A stretch of 62,880 nucleotides of DNA, filler included, from Reclinomonas americana ATCC 50394 (taxonomy: Eukaryota), in assembly GCA_048213135.1 (NCBI GenBank). It is 6 parts of 4 records of this genome, joined end to end, with 100 filler letters (N's around TTAATTAATTAA, not from the genome) between each part and the next. Parts side by side here need not be neighbours in the genome. Positions count along the whole stretch, not along the records: positions 56,748 to 62,880 come from PS015690.1; 5 more parts are not named here. One strand, given 5' to 3'. The translations under genes were made by a program, and so were the position numbers. The notes under the pieces were generated by a model. It searched no databases. It saw only the letters and a list, made by a program, of their open reading frames with translations, and was not told the origin of the DNA. This document shows, piece by piece, positions 62,601-62,880 of the stretch (within the stretch, counting starts at the first letter, position 1; each line of letters starts with the position of its first letter).

Positions 62601-62880
62601 TTCAATCGCGAGAGAGAGAGAGAGAGCACGTCTCCGTTGACTGAACAACACGTGGAGCAGCCAACGGTGTCAATAACATGAGAGAGCGGGCAGGAACGAA
62701 TATCGCCACACTTTGCCGCACAATAAAAGAGTGCAAGAACCAACAGGTGTGCACACGACTCTAACAATAGCCATCACTACTCTGCTCTTCGTCGTACTCA
62801 TCAGCCTCACCATCACAATACCTCTCTGCTCTTCTCCTTCCATCGCTACCCGTGCTACACCTTCTCTCTCTCTCTCTCTC

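Overview
Eukaryotic, intron-rich, GC-rich genomic scaffold, probably from a protist (the taxon cannot be determined from sequence). It is a draft assembly with many N gaps, artificial TTAATTAATTAA linkers and pyrosequencing-like artefacts. Manual splicing gives about 11 genes: an unknown Pro/His-rich exon; a coiled-coil/REase-like/Ser-Thr kinase split across an apparently mis-oriented contig; a FAAH-type amidase; two tandem NLR-like STAND genes; a PTH2-like protein; an M1 aminopeptidase; ISWI; an old yellow enzyme; a nucleoplasmin-domain protein; an ERMP1-like M28 peptidase; and a PAN/Apple-domain protein. Four observations stand out. (1) The NLR pair has a Ubl-HEPN(Rx4H)-NACHT-pentapeptide-WD40 architecture with homogenised 126-bp repeats that vary at fixed codons. 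(2) Two unrelated housekeeping genes, FAAH and ISWI, are each preceded by ~300-bp tandem copies of their own upstream region, start codon and first 40-55 codons, and both loci carry a CAATGCATTT(C)TCCCGCC motif. (3) ISWI carries an RRM inserted before its HAND domain. (4) 5' splice sites frequently have U at +3. All domain calls come from reading motifs by eye; no searches were run.
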